Below, one piece after another: positions 10,508-20,231 of a stretch of DNA of 64,000 nucleotides. Each line of letters starts with the position of its first letter. Position 1 is the stretch's first letter. Made by a program: the position numbers and the translations under genes. The notes below the pieces were generated by a model. That model did not search any database, had not been told where the DNA came from, and saw only the letters and a list, made by a program, of their open reading frames with translations. Source of the DNA: Escherichia phage T4_ev151. The stretch lies in the sequence record LR597660. One strand, given 5' to 3'.

Positions 10508-11254
10508 TTATCCTCGGATAAGTTTAAAAATTGAACAATTTAGCGGGTATCCTCTTTTCAGTTTAAGTTTATCAATAAAAGACAAGTTTTGATACCGCTC
10601 TACACCTTGAATAATTTTATCACACATATCATATTGCATTTCTGCTTCTGACAACTTTTTCACGGTTTTCCAATCCGAGCCTTTAAGAAGAACGTTCAAT
10701 TTAACAACTTCAGCGCCTTCTGCTATACGAGAACCATCAATACGAGCTTTGAGTGCTATAATCGTTAGCTTAACGTCAGAAGTTTGTTTTGATTTAGAAA
10801 GCTGAGAAATGTGCTCAATTCGGTTTTCACGTTTTTTCTGTATAGCTTTAATTTGATTATAAGTCTTTTTGATTTTAGCCCATTTCTTTTCATCTAAATT
10901 TAGTTTATGAACTTTTTTCGCAGATGAACGACCAATTCGCAAAGCAAATAAATCACGCTTTTCAATCAACTCTTCTAAAGTATAATCAGAACGAAATGTA
11001 TTATACTTTTTCTTTACTGCAATAACATTCCCTTTAATGTATCCAACGTTATTATCAAAACGTTCTAATGATAATTTCTCTCCTTCAACACGATTATCAA
11101 AAGGTTCTCCCGAGTAAGCGCAAACTTTCTGATCTAAAATGTTCTTAATGTAATTGAAGTCTAAGTTAAAATCTTTAGAACGTCTTTTAGCAGATGCCTG
11201 AGTGTGCTCTAAACGACGTTTAATTTTACGAATTTGGTTATTAGACAGCTTCAT
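10508..11254 (-). CDS. hypothetical basic protein at srd position
   Basis: 248 aa; position between dda and modA as T4 srd; identity not verifiable. Confidence 0.45.
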   Translation of the reverse strand: MKLSNNQIRKIKRRLEHTQASAKRRSKDFNLDFNYIKNILDQKVCAYSGEPFDNRVEGEKLSLERFDNNVGYIKGNVIAVKKKYNTFRSDYTLEELIEKRDLFALRIGRSSAKKVHKLNLDEKKWAKIKKTYNQIKAIQKKRENRIEHISQLSKSKQTSDVKLTIIALKARIDGSRIAEGAEVVKLNVLLKGSDWKTVKKLSEAEMQYDMCDKIIQGVERYQNLSFIDKLKLKRGYPLNCSIFKLIRG

Positions 11255-11290
11255 ATTTTTCTCACATCTTACGGACGGTTAACTACTTAT

Positions 11291-11320
11291 ACTATAACAT
11301 TTTTACTTTAACTTGTAAAC
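11291..11320 (-). promoter_or_regulatory. early promoter (-35 GTTTAC / -10 TATAGT)
   Basis: plus-strand actata 11291-11296, gtaaac 11315-11320. Confidence 0.45.
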
Positions 11321-11377
11321 AACTTTATGTAAAAATGCTTTAAAAATTTCATGGTATAATGAATCTAAGTCCTTCCA

Positions 11378-11980
11378 TTATAGATTAAATCCTTCAAAAT
11401 CAAGAGTATAGATAGTGTATGTTGAATACTTTTTGTACTCATATCTATCTGCAATTCTAAATACACTTCCAGCTGGTATCATTACTTCTTGTTCATCTGA
11501 AACTAATTCCATATTACGATAGCGATGACTATCCGGAAACTTAAAGTTTGGATTGTATTCTTTACAGCGTAGAGCTTTTATAGCATACTCCTGGAAATTG
11601 AATACCATAGGAGCTTTGAATTCAAAAATAACCTGTGTGTTATACTCTAAACCGGAAGCAAAATGTAGAGCTATATTTTTATCATATGAAGCTGATACGA
11701 CTTTATCAAATGTAATAATATCAATTCCTTGATTTAATACTTGTTTAGTCTCAGCTGGAACACCTCTCCAAAGAGGTTTATCGTTTGGTTCCAAACGAGA
11801 TTTGATTATTTCATTTAACCAAGTATGGTCATCTGGTTTATTAGTAATACAATGAATTAAAAGTTCAATTTCAGATAAATTAAACCCTTCAGAAAGTAAT
11901 TCTTCACGAATAGAAGCACGCACCGATGCATCCATTGATTTTATTTTAAAATCTTTTAGTTGCATTACTGAGTATTTCAT
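11378..11980 (-). CDS. modA: ADP-ribosyltransferase ModA
   Basis: 200 aa; R-S-E type ART signature (LWRG...EQEVMIP); tandem paralog of upstream gene. Confidence 0.7.
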   Translation of the reverse strand: MKYSVMQLKDFKIKSMDASVRASIREELLSEGFNLSEIELLIHCITNKPDDHTWLNEIIKSRLEPNDKPLWRGVPAETKQVLNQGIDIITFDKVVSASYDKNIALHFASGLEYNTQVIFEFKAPMVFNFQEYAIKALRCKEYNPNFKFPDSHRYRNMELVSDEQEVMIPAGSVFRIADRYEYKKYSTYTIYTLDFEGFNL

Positions 11981-12612
11981 TCAACTACCTCAATATCATA
12001 AACTTTAAATGTTCCAAATGAATCGTGTAATTTTTCTTTTGAAATAGAAGTTATTCTATACTTTCCAATTGGAATCATCCATTCTTGTTCACGCACAATC
12101 ATCATTAAGTTATCAGTACGCTCTGAATCTAGCCCATCAGTATCTTCATACGTGTACTTAAACTCAGTATTAGGAGAAGAAAGTATAATATCGCTGATAT
12201 GGTCAGAGTAATTAAAAGCTTTATCAGTTTTTAAGCGAAATATTATTTCAGTGAAATACTCAACATAAGAAAAACCACATGCTGTGTGCAAACTAGTAGT
12301 AAATGAATCTACTCTGTTCGTTGAAAACACTTCTCCGACTTGTAAATCTTTAATGAGTTCTTTTGTCGATTTTGATATACCACGATATAGCTGATAAGGC
12401 GATTTAGTTAAATGCTTTTTAACGATTTTATTCAACTGTTGATGAAGAGCTTCATTCTTTTTGGCTTCCATACATTGCCAAAGAACTGACTGTTCAAAGT
12501 CAGTAAATTTTTCACAGACCTTTTTATACATATCATATTGAAAATCAACACTTTCAGCTTTTATAGATAATTGTTCAACATCTGCAAGATTAATAATCAT
12601 GATAGCCTCCAT
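11977..12612 (-). CDS. modB: ADP-ribosyltransferase ModB
   Basis: 211 aa; LYRG...EQEWMIP; ATGA overlap with modA. Confidence 0.7.
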   Translation of the reverse strand: MEAIMIINLADVEQLSIKAESVDFQYDMYKKVCEKFTDFEQSVLWQCMEAKKNEALHQQLNKIVKKHLTKSPYQLYRGISKSTKELIKDLQVGEVFSTNRVDSFTTSLHTACGFSYVEYFTEIIFRLKTDKAFNYSDHISDIILSSPNTEFKYTYEDTDGLDSERTDNLMMIVREQEWMIPIGKYRITSISKEKLHDSFGTFKVYDIEVVE

Positions 12613-12627
12613 ATACTTCAGAAGCTA

Positions 12628-12656
12628 TCATATCATTGTTAGGAAGGAAAGTAAAC
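12628..12656 (-). promoter_or_regulatory. early promoter (-35 GTTTAC, weaker -10 TATGAT)
   Basis: gtaaac 12651-12656. Confidence 0.35.
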
Positions 12657-12667
12657 AACTTTTTGAA

Positions 12668-12850
12668 TTATTTTGCCCAGGGAGCCCAGGGCGGAGGGTC
12701 AAGATGGTATGAAGCTAGTTCTTCTAGAAGAGCATCTGGGGCTTCAATTCCATAATTCTGTAATACTATACGGTACTCTTTCTTATAATCACTAGAATCA
12801 TTCTGGATATTCGTAGAATGATTATCTTCTAACATCTCAAATAAATCCAT
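12668..12850 (-). CDS. small hypothetical protein
   Basis: 60-aa ORF. Confidence 0.35.
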   Translation of the reverse strand: MDLFEMLEDNHSTNIQNDSSDYKKEYRIVLQNYGIEAPDALLEELASYHLDPPPWAPWAK

Positions 12851-12858
12851 ATTAATTC

Positions 12859-13329
12859 CTAGCGATAAAAACCAAATTGACGATTAGCTTCAATAATCTT
12901 TCTTTCTTCTTCGGACATTCTCCAGCGTAGTCCAACATCAAAATGAGCCCAGACCATCCTAACAAATGCATTTATATCTTTAATATCTTCAATAATGAAT
13001 GTTTTACTTTTAAAAGGTTGACTCGCTAATTTAACTTTATCGTCTTCAAACATGTCAAAAAGACCATATTCATGAGCTCTTTTATAGCCTTTAATAGTTA
13101 AAGCTTCGGAAGAAGAAAACGGTGAATCAGTATTCTGCAAAATATCTTCAGTATGCTTTATAATTAGAATAACATTTTCTGGATATTTTCTTTCTTTTAT
13201 ATCTTTAATTAAAAAATCCGGATTTTCTGCTAAAGGAATAATTAATGAGCATTTTTTATCAAGTGTATTTACTGATTTACCTTCTTTGGACATAAATTCT
13301 ATTGAATAATGTTTTGCTACTTCAATCAT
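12859..13329 (-). CDS. hypothetical protein
   Basis: 156-aa ORF. Confidence 0.45.
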   Translation of the reverse strand: MIEVAKHYSIEFMSKEGKSVNTLDKKCSLIIPLAENPDFLIKDIKERKYPENVILIIKHTEDILQNTDSPFSSSEALTIKGYKRAHEYGLFDMFEDDKVKLASQPFKSKTFIIEDIKDINAFVRMVWAHFDVGLRWRMSEEERKIIEANRQFGFYR

Positions 13330-13491
13330 GTGATTTCCTTTTGCCTACTAATGGACCGTCAGGAATTTTATTTTCCTGGATATATTTCTCATTTTCTTCC
13401 ATCATTTTACTGCCAATTTTAAGAAGCAAATCCATTGCTTCATTTGCTTTTGCTTTTGCTTTAGCCTCTTCCAATGTCATATCTTTGCTCA
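13326..13491 (-). CDS. small hypothetical protein (not in ORF track)
   Basis: my translation [56 protein letters not shown]; ATGA overlap with next gene. Confidence 0.35.
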
Positions 13492-13692
13492 TGATTTATC
13501 ACCATAGATGTCTCTCATCAATTTAAGCGCTGAGCGTTCTAATTTCTTTTCTTTCTCAGCACTAATCATTGATTTCATCCATTCTTCCGATTCGTTCTGC
13601 ATTTCTTTATTTGCTTGTTCAACCCAACCATCGTCAATATACATTGAGTTTGGTCTATTGAACCATTCAAGCATTTTCTTCAGAACTTTCAT
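13489..13692 (-). CDS. small hypothetical protein
   Basis: 67-aa ORF. Confidence 0.4.
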   Translation of the reverse strand: MKVLKKMLEWFNRPNSMYIDDGWVEQANKEMQNESEEWMKSMISAEKEKKLERSALKLMRDIYGDKS

Positions 13693-14164
13693 TTGTTTTA
13701 CCTAAAACAATAGTAGGAGCATCGTCAAATTCATGAATTTTTAGCAATTTTGGATTTAAATTATTCCATAAAGAGGTAATAAAATATGATAGCGCACTTT
13801 CGTCCGTAATTATAAATTTATTTCCTTTATCTATTTTCCAATCATATATTGAATCATATGAATAGAAGGATAACGGTTTATTATTATAATATGCTTCAGC
13901 AACATCAATATAGTTAGATTTAGTAAATGCTTGAATTGCCATAAATGGAGAATTTTGTACAGTTTCAATAATTCCGATCTTTTTAAGTTTTATTTCAACA
14001 TCTTCTGGAACTGGCATTGAAATAAAATCTTCTACTAGATACATGTCATTGTCATATCTTTTATCAATCATTACTGCTACTGTAATTGGAACATCCTTGA
14101 CAAACGCCATACTAATACTATTGATAGACATTTCAAACAAAATTGCTTCCATAATTTTCCTCAA
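13667..14164 (-). CDS. hypothetical protein
   Basis: 165-aa ORF. Confidence 0.45.
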   Translation of the reverse strand: MRKIMEAILFEMSINSISMAFVKDVPITVAVMIDKRYDNDMYLVEDFISMPVPEDVEIKLKKIGIIETVQNSPFMAIQAFTKSNYIDVAEAYYNNKPLSFYSYDSIYDWKIDKGNKFIITDESALSYFITSLWNNLNPKLLKIHEFDDAPTIVLGKTNESSEENA

Positions 14165-14502
14165 TCACAAGATGTAGATGAACAACTAGAATCACAAGAA
14201 CTTCCACATGAATCGCCCGTCCATACATGAACAGGAACATTAGTATCATATGAATCAGAACTAGACTGTGTATTCTGTGCATTAGATGATGTAGTAGGTA
14301 CTGACCAGCGCCAAGGATTTTTATAATATTCTTGGGCTTCTTCATAAGTCATAGTAACTGCTTCTACTGTTCCATCTCCCATATAAACATACTCAACTAC
14401 AGTTAAAGGAAGATAGTCATTTGAAATAGGAACTACACCTTCCCCCGGAGTTGTAGAGAAAAAATCTGTAAAGAAATTTTTAAACCAATTAAAGATAAAC
14501 AT
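14161..14502 (-). CDS. hypothetical protein with Cys/Ser-rich C-terminal tail
   Basis: 113 aa ending [19 protein letters not shown]. Confidence 0.45.
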   Translation of the reverse strand: MFIFNWFKNFFTDFFSTTPGEGVVPISNDYLPLTVVEYVYMGDGTVEAVTMTYEEAQEYYKNPWRWSVPTTSSNAQNTQSSSDSYDTNVPVHVWTGDSCGSSCDSSCSSTSCD

Positions 14503-14708
14503 TACAAAAAGCCTCTTTTGAATTCGACTTGCTTCTCGCCATAATCATATCGAATCTCTGCATTAAATTCGACAGAACCATCTGCGTACATCATAAATGA
14601 ATGCACAACAACTTCTGTGGACCATGGCTGCAGTTCATATTTCTTCATTACATGCCGTGAAATGATAATATCTAAATCTTCATTTGGTTTAATCCAACGA
14701 TTTAACAT
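14502..14708 (-). CDS. small hypothetical protein
   Basis: 68-aa ORF downstream of promoter 14735-14764. Confidence 0.4.
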   Translation of the reverse strand: MLNRWIKPNEDLDIIISRHVMKKYELQPWSTEVVVHSFMMYADGSVEFNAEIRYDYGEKQVEFKRGFL

Positions 14709-14734
14709 AGTGCTCTCCTCTATAAGATAATTTT

Positions 14735-14764
14735 ATTATACCATACTCATTTTGGAAAGTAAAC
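14735..14764 (-). promoter_or_regulatory. early promoter (-35 GTTTAC / -10 GGTATAAT)
   Basis: plus-strand attata 14735-14740, gtaaac 14759-14764. Confidence 0.55.
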
Positions 14765-14780
14765 CGGTAAAATGAAAAAA

Positions 14781-14800
14781 GGACTCCCTAGGGAGTCCTT
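14781..14800 (-). terminator. rho-independent terminator after soc
   Basis: perfect palindrome ggactccctagggagtcc followed by T6 on minus strand. Confidence 0.65.
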
Positions 14801-14806
14801 GAATTA

Positions 14807-15043
14807 TTAACCACCTATTTCTGTAGGCGTAAACATTGCAGCATTCTTAGTTTTCCAAGTTGCTGCATCGGAAACTACATCAGAATAAGCTGCTTTTTCT
14901 GACGGAAAGATTTGATAATGAGAATCTGCAATACGATGCTCGTTAGAATAGATTTCAAACGGAACAGAAACTTCCATACCTTTAACTTCTTTGCCTTCAC
15001 CTGCTGGATGAGTAAAGGTCTTGATGTTAACGAAACCACCCAT
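14807..15043 (-). CDS. soc: small outer capsid protein Soc
   Basis: 78 aa; GFVNIKTF and FPSEKAAYS motifs; late promoter upstream and terminator downstream. Confidence 0.7.
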   Translation of the reverse strand: MGGFVNIKTFTHPAGEGKEVKGMEVSVPFEIYSNEHRIADSHYQIFPSEKAAYSDVVSDAATWKTKNAAMFTPTEIGG

Positions 15044-15075
15044 AATAAACTCCTTTATTGTTTAATTACAGGTGT

Positions 15076-15083
15076 ATTTATAA
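15076..15083 (-). promoter_or_regulatory. late promoter TATAAATA upstream of soc
   Basis: plus-strand tatttata 33 nt upstream of soc ATG. Confidence 0.55.
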
Positions 15084-15224
15084 CTTACAATTTAGCGGCT
15101 TTCCAGAGTTGTTCAATAATCTCTTGGTCTATTTCTTTAGTTATTTCATTACGTAATAAAGCAGTAAGGGCTTTCGCCCTTTTCTTATTCAACTTTTTGA
15201 GTTGACGTTTATTTAAACGAGACA

Positions 15225-15743
15225 TTAATAACCTCGGTCCTGACGAGCAAAGTTCTCGGCATTTTTCAGATAATAAAGTTTAAAGATTTCTTCTGCTGTA
15301 AGACCAAGACCTTGGAACATGTTCAGAACGAAATGGAGAATATCAATCATTTCAAACTTAATTTCCAGTTGGTCTTGTGGAGACAAATCAGTAATCAGAG
15401 TTTCACGACGTTCACCATGCTGCGACTTCCAAGGTTTCCATACAGCAGATGCGTCTTTTTCACCATTACTCATACCACCAAGAGAAGTCAGAAGTTCACG
15501 GAATTCATCATCAATATAATCTTTCTGATTGCGCAGCCAATCAACAACTTCACCTGCAGTAGCCAAATCATCAGGATGACGGTTATATTCAGGTTTATCT
15601 TTAGCTAAACGAACCTGTAAAGATTTCTGCATATCAAGCATAACTTGCAGCGGGTCTTTTTCATCACCGAGAATATCCCAATATTCATTTTGAGCTTTAT
15701 CAGCGCCTTCAATCAGTTGTGAACATTCGTTAAAGTAAGCCAT
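15225..15743 (-). CDS. 56: dCTP pyrophosphatase (MazG-like)
   Basis: 171 aa from MAYFNECSQL; track ORF extends upstream with no RBS; position between soc and 61. Confidence 0.75.
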   Translation of the reverse strand: MAYFNECSQLIEGADKAQNEYWDILGDEKDPLQVMLDMQKSLQVRLAKDKPEYNRHPDDLATAGEVVDWLRNQKDYIDDEFRELLTSLGGMSNGEKDASAVWKPWKSQHGERRETLITDLSPQDQLEIKFEMIDILHFVLNMFQGLGLTAEEIFKLYYLKNAENFARQDRGY

Positions 15744-15777
15744 TATTTTTCCTTTCAATTCATGGGTTAGTAGATTA

Positions 15778-15803
15778 ATTATACAATAAATATATAAAGC
15801 AAT
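15778..15803 (-). promoter_or_regulatory. possible MotA-dependent middle promoter for gene 56
   Basis: minus-strand ATTGCTTTA MotA-box-like element upstream of TATAAT. Confidence 0.3.
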
Positions 15804-15814
15804 AAGGAGGACAT

Positions 15815-16015
15815 ATGGTACAAAAATTAATGGCACTTATTAATGCCATAAAAGGTAATAAGAAACGTATAGCTTTTACTATTTCTGCTATGATAGGAAT
15901 TTTACTCTGGAACTTTATTTTATCACCTGTTGCAATTGCACATGGTATTAATATTCCAGTAGTTACTCTTGATACATTCGTAGATTTAGCATTTGCTTTA
16001 GTTGGGTTAATTTAA
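15815..16015 (+). CDS. small hydrophobic membrane protein, plus strand
   Basis: 66 aa; AGGAGG RBS 5 nt before ATG; two predicted TM helices; convergent with gene 61. Confidence 0.4.
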   Translation: MVQKLMALINAIKGNKKRIAFTISAMIGILLWNFILSPVAIAHGINIPVVTLDTFVDLAFALVGLI

Positions 16016-17040
16016 ATCTTAGCATATTTAGATAACCGCATTTTAGCCATCAACCCCTGGGCAATATTATTTTTCATATATTCCATAATTTGTTCAGGGG
16101 TTGCACCTTCCTTTCTAATCATATCATTGACGTCTTTTGATTTCCAGGGAGATTTATCCCAAAACATAACCCTTTCTCCTGCATCAACTAATTTAGTCAT
16201 TCGTTTGATAGTGTCAGGGTGACGAGGTTCATTATCTAAGACCCACACACGCCTATCTTTAAATGGAACAACTTCTAGGTCTAATTGACCACCCGTAATA
16301 GCTATACCATTTTCAATAAAAAGTGAATCTATAGGTCCTTCTAGAACATATACATCGCCATCTTTAACTCGTTCGACTCCATATATTTTTGTTGCCTCAG
16401 GATAAGCTTTAATGGTGATATATTTTTGAGGAGCATCTTTCTTTAATGCACGTCCTTGAAAAGACTCAGCTTTTCCATTAGCATTATAAATTGGAATAAC
16501 AAGACGAGGCTCAGAAATTTCCTTTTTGTATGTTCCCGGTGCTATGCTATTAACTAATTTAGGCCATTCGGTTGTAAACCAAAGATATTTCCATTTATCC
16601 TTTGGAATACAACGAGCTTTTACATATTTTATAATTGGATGGTCTTCCGCCAGTTTATCTAATCTAACACATGACGGAAGAGATTTAATTATTTTCTTCT
16701 CAGGTTGTTTAGGAAGTTCTTTAGGTTTTTCTACTGGACGACTTTTACCTTTTTCTTTTCTTATTTCAAAGATATACTCACGATATAAATCGGGTTCAAA
16801 CTCCTTTAAATATATTCCGATTGGTGCATGATAGTTACAGTTATAACAATGAATATTTCCTTCATTATTATCACCATAATACCATCCACGAGCTTTATTC
16901 TGATCGGTTTTTGAATCTCCACAAACAGGGCATCTAAACCGCAATTTAAAAGTTGAACTATTATTTACTTGTGTGAATTTAGGTAAATGAGCTAATGCAC
17001 GATACGCAAACTCATTATCAATCCAAGGTATTGATGACAT
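16012..17040 (-). CDS. 61: DNA primase
   Basis: 342 aa; N-terminal zinc ribbon CPVCGDS...CYNC and Toprim-like core. Confidence 0.9.
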   Translation of the reverse strand: MSSIPWIDNEFAYRALAHLPKFTQVNNSSTFKLRFRCPVCGDSKTDQNKARGWYYGDNNEGNIHCYNCNYHAPIGIYLKEFEPDLYREYIFEIRKEKGKSRPVEKPKELPKQPEKKIIKSLPSCVRLDKLAEDHPIIKYVKARCIPKDKWKYLWFTTEWPKLVNSIAPGTYKKEISEPRLVIPIYNANGKAESFQGRALKKDAPQKYITIKAYPEATKIYGVERVKDGDVYVLEGPIDSLFIENGIAITGGQLDLEVVPFKDRRVWVLDNEPRHPDTIKRMTKLVDAGERVMFWDKSPWKSKDVNDMIRKEGATPEQIMEYMKNNIAQGLMAKMRLSKYAKI

Positions 17041-17044
17041 TTTT

Positions 17045-17209
17045 ACTCTTCTTTTTCTTTAGATTCCTCTTTCTTCTTTTTAGGAATCTGTTCAGGACCT
17101 TTATTTACTACAGCGCCCGACGTTGTTCCAGTAGAGATATTTTCAGGATTACCACCTGAATCTCCAGCTACCATATCTTCTTTAATAAATTCTTTATATG
17201 TTTTCATAT
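17045..17209 (-). CDS. small hypothetical protein (not in ORF track)
   Basis: my translation MKTYKEFIKEDMVAGDSGGNPENISTGTTSGAVVNKGPEQIPKKKKEESKEKEE. Confidence 0.3.
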
Positions 17210-17565
17210 TAACCTCTATTCATAAAAGCATTAAAAATTTGGTCATCAATAGATGGAATAGCAACCTTTTCGGCATCATTTAGCAAATCATTAATTTCAT
17301 CAGATAGCATAACACATGTGCCTTTATTTCCTGTAATTGTTACTGCACAATTACGAACGTTTTCTTTATTAAATTTTAGGTTAATATTTTCGTAATGAAA
17401 ATCCTTTAATGCTGAATATATTTTTAAAATAAAATTGTCTTTTACTACAATAAACCCAACCTCACTATTAAAACGTGGTTCATGGAAACTGTAATAAACC
17501 TTTTCATCTATAAAATCGTATGAAATTTTTTCCATTTTTAAATATGAAAATTCAGAACTATACAT
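17209..17565 (-). CDS. hypothetical protein (61.1/61.2 region)
   Basis: 118-aa ORF. Confidence 0.45.
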   Translation of the reverse strand: MYSSEFSYLKMEKISYDFIDEKVYYSFHEPRFNSEVGFIVVKDNFILKIYSALKDFHYENINLKFNKENVRNCAVTITGNKGTCVMLSDEINDLLNDAEKVAIPSIDDQIFNAFMNRG

Positions 17566-17577
17566 ACTAACCTCTAA

Positions 17578-17871
17578 TTACTCACCTACCACTTCAGCGA
17601 TGATATTTTTATTATTAAAGTTTTTATCGCAATACAGAACATAATTATACTGCATTACACCACCAGATTTAAGTTGTTTTTGCACTTCAGCTTTCATTTC
17701 AGGACGATCACGTTCAACGATATTCATAATATCCGCTTCAATTTGAATTTCAACTTCAGTCTGATCTGCAGTCATAGACCATTCGCACAAATCTTTGTCA
17801 TAACCCGCCATAGCAGGCTGAGCAGCGCAAGAAGATAAAGCAAAAATTGCAGCAAAGATAAATTTTTTCAT
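17578..17871 (-). CDS. sp: periplasmic Spackle-like protein
   Basis: 97 aa; cleavable signal peptide MKKFIFAAIFALSSCAAQPAMA; size and position as T4 sp. Confidence 0.6.
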   Translation of the reverse strand: MKKFIFAAIFALSSCAAQPAMAGYDKDLCEWSMTADQTEVEIQIEADIMNIVERDRPEMKAEVQKQLKSGGVMQYNYVLYCDKNFNNKNIIAEVVGE

Positions 17872-17899
17872 GATAATCTCCTCAGTAGTTTATGTTTAT

Positions 17900-17929
17900 A
17901 TAGTATCTCAATTTCCAATAAAAGTAAAC
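17900..17929 (-). promoter_or_regulatory. early promoter (-35 GTTTAC / -10 TACTAT)
   Basis: gtaaac 17924-17929. Confidence 0.45.
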
Positions 17930-17931
17930 AG

Positions 17932-18189
17932 TTATTTTAAAACTTCTGCATAATCACATGTTACAAACTGTTTCTCTAACTTGGCGATTTTACGAAAGTA
18001 TCTTTTGCATTGACGAATCTGTCGCTTTGTAGGGCGCACAGCAAACTTAATAAATTCCACTCGACCAAATGGAGGGCTTTCTTCTGCCGGAATATCTAAT
18101 ACTAATTCCCACGTATCTGCAATAAGTGCTTTGAATTGAGTATTTTTCCTGACATTATACGGAGTAGGTTTAAATAAAACGATATGCAT
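17932..18189 (-). CDS. small basic protein at 61.4 position (start moved to MHIVLF with GAGGA RBS)
   Basis: 85 aa, Lys/Arg-rich. Confidence 0.45.
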   Translation of the reverse strand: MHIVLFKPTPYNVRKNTQFKALIADTWELVLDIPAEESPPFGRVEFIKFAVRPTKRQIRQCKRYFRKIAKLEKQFVTCDYAEVLK

Positions 18190-18190
18190 A

Positions 18191-18373
18191 TTATCCTCGG
18201 CAATCCACTTCACATACCTTCTTGTCATCAATGAAAGCTTTAACTAGTGCTTTATTAACTTCAGCATATTGAGTAGTAGCCCATTGAACGTCATCTTTCA
18301 TCATTGTGATCTCTTTAGTAAACATGCTTTCGTTCTTAAACCACCCCATAAAAACTACCTTTACCAATTCCAT
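18191..18373 (-). CDS. dmd: Dmd-like antitoxin (discriminator of mRNA degradation)
   Basis: 60 aa; immediately downstream of gene 41 as in T4. Confidence 0.55.
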   Translation of the reverse strand: MELVKVVFMGWFKNESMFTKEITMMKDDVQWATTQYAEVNKALVKAFIDDKKVCEVDCRG

Positions 18374-18402
18374 AACAATCTCCTCATTTAACCAACAAGA
18401 CT

Positions 18403-18432
18403 ACTATACCATAGTCTTGTCAGCTTGTAAAC
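18403..18432 (-). promoter_or_regulatory. early promoter (-35 GTTTAC / -10 TATAGT)
   Basis: gtaaac 18427-18432. Confidence 0.5.
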
Positions 18433-19859
18433 TAAAATTTTAATTCATTTGCCAAAGCATCTAACTGAGCTCGAGCGGATTCGTTTCTTTGATAGCGATT
18501 CTGTTCAGCCTGAATTTGCTGTGAACCTGCTACTTCGTTCACTTCAGTTGGAGTAGAATCTTGTTCAATTTCTACCCATTTCTGATTTCCTTTTTGAACA
18601 CCCATCAAAAACTTATTCCATTTATTCTTATCACCGTATCGTGATTTGATTTGCTTAATGAGTTGTTGTTCAGCAGCTGCTAGCTCCTCGGTTTCAATGA
18701 CCGCAAGCATAAAATCAGCTGTTGCTGGAAGACCGGCAGATTCTGCAATATCGCTCATGTTAACATCAGAAGAATCCCAAGCTTGTTTACCAACCTGTGC
18801 TGCAGTCCAAAGAACAGTTTCGGTTTCAACAGCAAGAGCACGTAATTCCTCTGCAATGGCTTTAACAGTTGTGTAACTATTTTCTGAGTAAACTCTAATG
18901 CGGCAAGATTTACAAATACCCAGATAGTCGACAATAATGATTGTTGGAACAAAATTCTTCTTGAGCTTTAATTCGTTTAAAAGCGATCGAAATGTATTAG
19001 CATCTGCTCCACCAGTAGGATACTGTTTAACTATTAAACGACCGAGAGTAGATTTCTCGCGCCATTTTTCCATTTTTCCTTTATACTCAGCGTAAGAAAT
19101 ATGCCCGTCATCAATGTCATCAAGAGAAACATCAAGCATATTAGCATCAATACGCTTAGCACAGACTTCTTCTGCCATTTCCATGGAAATGTAAAGAACA
19201 TTATGTCCGAGCTGCAAATAATCTGCTGCCAATGAACACAGACCTAATGACTTACCGACGTTAACACCAGCCATTAAAACGTTCAGTGTTCCAGTTTCAG
19301 CTCCACCTTTAGTAATTTTATTTAGAATTTTGAGTCTAAATGGAACCTTACGAGCTTTATTCATATAAGATAGCCAACGTGCTTCGTAGTCATCCATCCA
19401 ATCATGACCAACGTAACTATCAAATGAAATTGATAATGCTTGGCGCATGATGTCAGGAATAGCACCTACATCTGGCATTTTCTTATTTCGTTTTTCCGGA
19501 GGAAGCTCAGCATTAGTTTGAATTTCAATTATTTTAGACGTAGCATTAAACATCGCCCTTTGCTGAACATATTTTTCTGTTTCTTTTACTAACCAGCTAT
19601 GGTCTTCTGGAGAATCGGCTAGTTTCGAAATAAGTGTTTTTACACCAGAATATTCTGTTTCAGTAAATGAACTATTTTCTAATGCAACATTTAACGCATT
19701 AATAGATGGAACGCTATGGTACTCATTAACATGAGATTTAATTAATTTGAATGTATTTTTAGCTGGACCACTTTCAAAATATTCTGAATCCATATATGGC
19801 CAAACTTTTGAAAAATAAGCTTGATCAAATATGAGATGGGAAAGAATAATTTCTACCAC
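18432..19859 (-). CDS. 41: replicative DNA helicase (DnaB-like)
   Basis: 475 aa; Walker A GVNVGKS. Confidence 0.9.
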   Translation of the reverse strand: MVEIILSHLIFDQAYFSKVWPYMDSEYFESGPAKNTFKLIKSHVNEYHSVPSINALNVALENSSFTETEYSGVKTLISKLADSPEDHSWLVKETEKYVQQRAMFNATSKIIEIQTNAELPPEKRNKKMPDVGAIPDIMRQALSISFDSYVGHDWMDDYEARWLSYMNKARKVPFRLKILNKITKGGAETGTLNVLMAGVNVGKSLGLCSLAADYLQLGHNVLYISMEMAEEVCAKRIDANMLDVSLDDIDDGHISYAEYKGKMEKWREKSTLGRLIVKQYPTGGADANTFRSLLNELKLKKNFVPTIIIVDYLGICKSCRIRVYSENSYTTVKAIAEELRALAVETETVLWTAAQVGKQAWDSSDVNMSDIAESAGLPATADFMLAVIETEELAAAEQQLIKQIKSRYGDKNKWNKFLMGVQKGNQKWVEIEQDSTPTEVNEVAGSQQIQAEQNRYQRNESARAQLDALANELKF

Positions 19860-19868
19860 ACTTACTCC

Positions 19869-20231
19869 TTAAAAGAATTTAAATTTTTTCTTTGACCTTT
19901 TATTAAATGCATCTTGTAGTTGCATTGTAATACATTTTTCTACATGAGGAGCTAACTCAGCTTTTCTTTCTTGGTCAAGAACAGCAAAGTCCATTACGAC
20001 TTTTCCATCAACCCAATCTAATTTTGTCACATACACAATGTGTGTAGAACCGTCTTCTAGTTTAATGACAATCTCCTGGATAACATTTTCCATGGCAGAT
20101 TTAATTATCTTAAGAGATTCATTAAAAAGACGTTCTTTTCTTTCTTCTTCCCCCTCCGAAGAGGGGGATTCATCGATAATTTCTAGATCTAAGTCTAAAT
20201 CATCTTTATTCATTAAATTCTTCCATATCAC
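19869..20231 (-). CDS. 40: head vertex assembly protein gp40-like
   Basis: 120-aa ORF between 41 and uvsX. Confidence 0.55.
   Translation of the reverse strand: MIWKNLMNKDDLDLDLEIIDESPSSEGEEERKERLFNESLKIIKSAMENVIQEIVIKLEDGSTHIVYVTKLDWVDGKVVMDFAVLDQERKAELAPHVEKCITMQLQDAFNKRSKKKFKFF

Noticed and set aside
14133-14345. Minus-strand alternate-frame ORFs nested in other genes (14133-14345, 18755-18952, 21761-21964, 24285-24470, 33879-34100, 39058-39282, 51646-51840, 56753-56938, 60632-60844, 61310-61492)
   Set aside because: Each is fully overlapped by a longer ORF with recognisable protein features in another frame.
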